Source: a virus
Taxonomy: Duplodnaviria; Caudoviricetes
Length of the DNA: 26,420 nucleotides
IMG/VR virus record: IMGVR_UViG_3300032270_000262
Location: 1-26,420 of that record
Reading direction: 5' to 3' (one strand)
The position numbers and the translations under genes are program-made. Under the pieces are notes generated by a model. It did not search any database and was not told the origin of the DNA. It saw only the letters and a list, made by a program, of their open reading frames with translations. Positions 25,599-26,420 of this stretch are shown here, one piece after another. Within the stretch, counting starts at the first letter, position 1; every line of letters begins with the position of its first letter.

Positions 25599-26420
25599 TT
25601 AGTCGCGCCAGAAGCCTACTCCCGATGAGCGGCCTCCAATTGGGGAACCAGCACTAGAGCCTGTTCCCGATTGTGTTCCTGAAGGGTCAAATGACCCTCT
25701 AATTCCAGAGTCTGTTGCGTAAGTAAACTTAGCAGAGTCATTTGTTTGACCACTTCCTGATGCGTTACCGCCAGCAGTGTCGGTGTAAGCCCCGAGCATA
25801 TACCCGTTAGTCTGACCCGCAATAAAGTTTTCTTCCCCGCACCACCACACTCCCTTTTGAGGAGTAGAAACAGTCACCTCTGTAGTGTAGTTCCATTTAC
25901 GGAAATAACGACCAGAGCCGTAGTTTCCTTCGTTACCGCCATATCCAAATCCAGTTTTGGCGACCATTCCCTTTTGTTGACCGTGAAAACCTGGAGCCGC
26001 ACTTGGCGTAGCTTCAGTCTCTGTAGCAAAAGTAAATTTTCTACCAGTGTTGTCGTCAGTCCACCAAAACCCTGTGTTCTCTCCCCAGTGAGCGCCAGCG
26101 GTTCCTTGGGTCATAGAAGAGGAGATAGTTCCAACATAGCTTTCTGTGGTCATGTTAAATTTTTGGTTAAAAGCGCCAGTGTTGTTGCCGTTAACGTAAG
26201 CAAACAAGTACTCACCAGTTGGTCCAGTAGATTGGATTGTTGATGCGTCTCCAATAGCTGTGCCAGAGTTCATGTTGTTGTTCTTAGTCATGGTGGTGTT
26301 ATTACGCATGTTAAAGCAAGAAGTAGAGGTAAATGCACCAACGCCCTGACTACCAGTGCCCTGAGTAGCAAAGACATAAGCTGTATTTTTAGTCTGGGCG
26401 CCTTTGGTGTAGTTAGCTGC
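25599..26420 (-). CDS. Beta-propeller (Kelch-like) repeat virion protein, 5' end outside the window
   Basis: Frame is open to the window edge. Repeated blade motif: CFNMRNNT, KFNMTTES, KFTFATET, KWNYTTEV, KFTYATDS, mostly preceded by an aromatic strand (AYV, GFW, GYG, GYM). Confidence 0.7.
   Translation of the reverse strand, partial: AANYTKGAQTKNTAYVFATQGTGSQGVGAFTSTSCFNMRNNTTMTKNNNMNSGTAIGDASTIQSTGPTGEYLFAYVNGNNTGAFNQKFNMTTESYVGTISSSMTQGTAGAHWGENTGFWWTDDNTGRKFTFATETEATPSAAPGFHGQQKGMVAKTGFGYGGNEGNYGSGRYFRKWNYTTEVTVSTPQKGVWWCGEENFIAGQTNGYMLGAYTDTAGGNASGSGQTNDSAKFTYATDSGIRGSFDPSGTQSGTGSSAGSPIGGRSSGVGFWRD

Noticed and set aside
6328-25822. Short alternative-frame minus-strand ORFs (6328..6510, 6844..7053, 15094..15393, 20399..20617, 23990..24220, 25616..25822)
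   Set aside because: They are nested in longer genes with clear motifs and show no independent coding signal.
102-26243. All plus-strand ORFs in the track (e.g. 6087..6449, 8694..9017, 12802..13107, 24748..25197)
   Set aside because: They are antisense shadows of well-supported minus-strand genes and have no recognisable motifs.
1-26420. tRNA genes, introns/inteins or stop-codon reassignment
   Set aside because: Gaps are too short or lack a cloverleaf, core genes are uninterrupted in the standard code, and TAA, TAG and TGA all occur at sensible gene ends.

Overview
The whole window is one densely packed minus-strand morphogenesis region of a contractile-tailed (myovirus-type) phage. A freshwater actinobacterial host is plausible but only inferred. 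In transcription order (right to left) it holds: a beta-propeller-repeat virion protein; an accessory enzyme block (U32-family Fe-S protein fused to a SAM methyltransferase, an IT/DUF401-like membrane protein, a conserved hypothetical); collagen-like fibres, one with a type-1 copper cupredoxin domain, beside a tiny Met/His-rich membrane peptide; a GT2-TPR glycosyltransferase; small fibre adapters; a 589-aa Cys-rich adhesin; head closure; four tiny Lys-rich peptides; a terminator; and the tail module (terminator protein, sheath, tube, chaperone with an apparent +1 frameshift, tape measure with M23 and lytic transglycosylase domains, tube initiator, LysM, split hub, spike, gp25, wedge). The most striking signal is the adhesin: seven outgoing 3-Cys repeats are mirrored by seven returning 1-Cys repeats whose spacings co-vary exactly (constant 16-residue difference), implying a Cys-stapled, extendable single-chain hairpin stalk with a knob at the tip. 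Family assignments come from motif recognition by eye; no searches were run.
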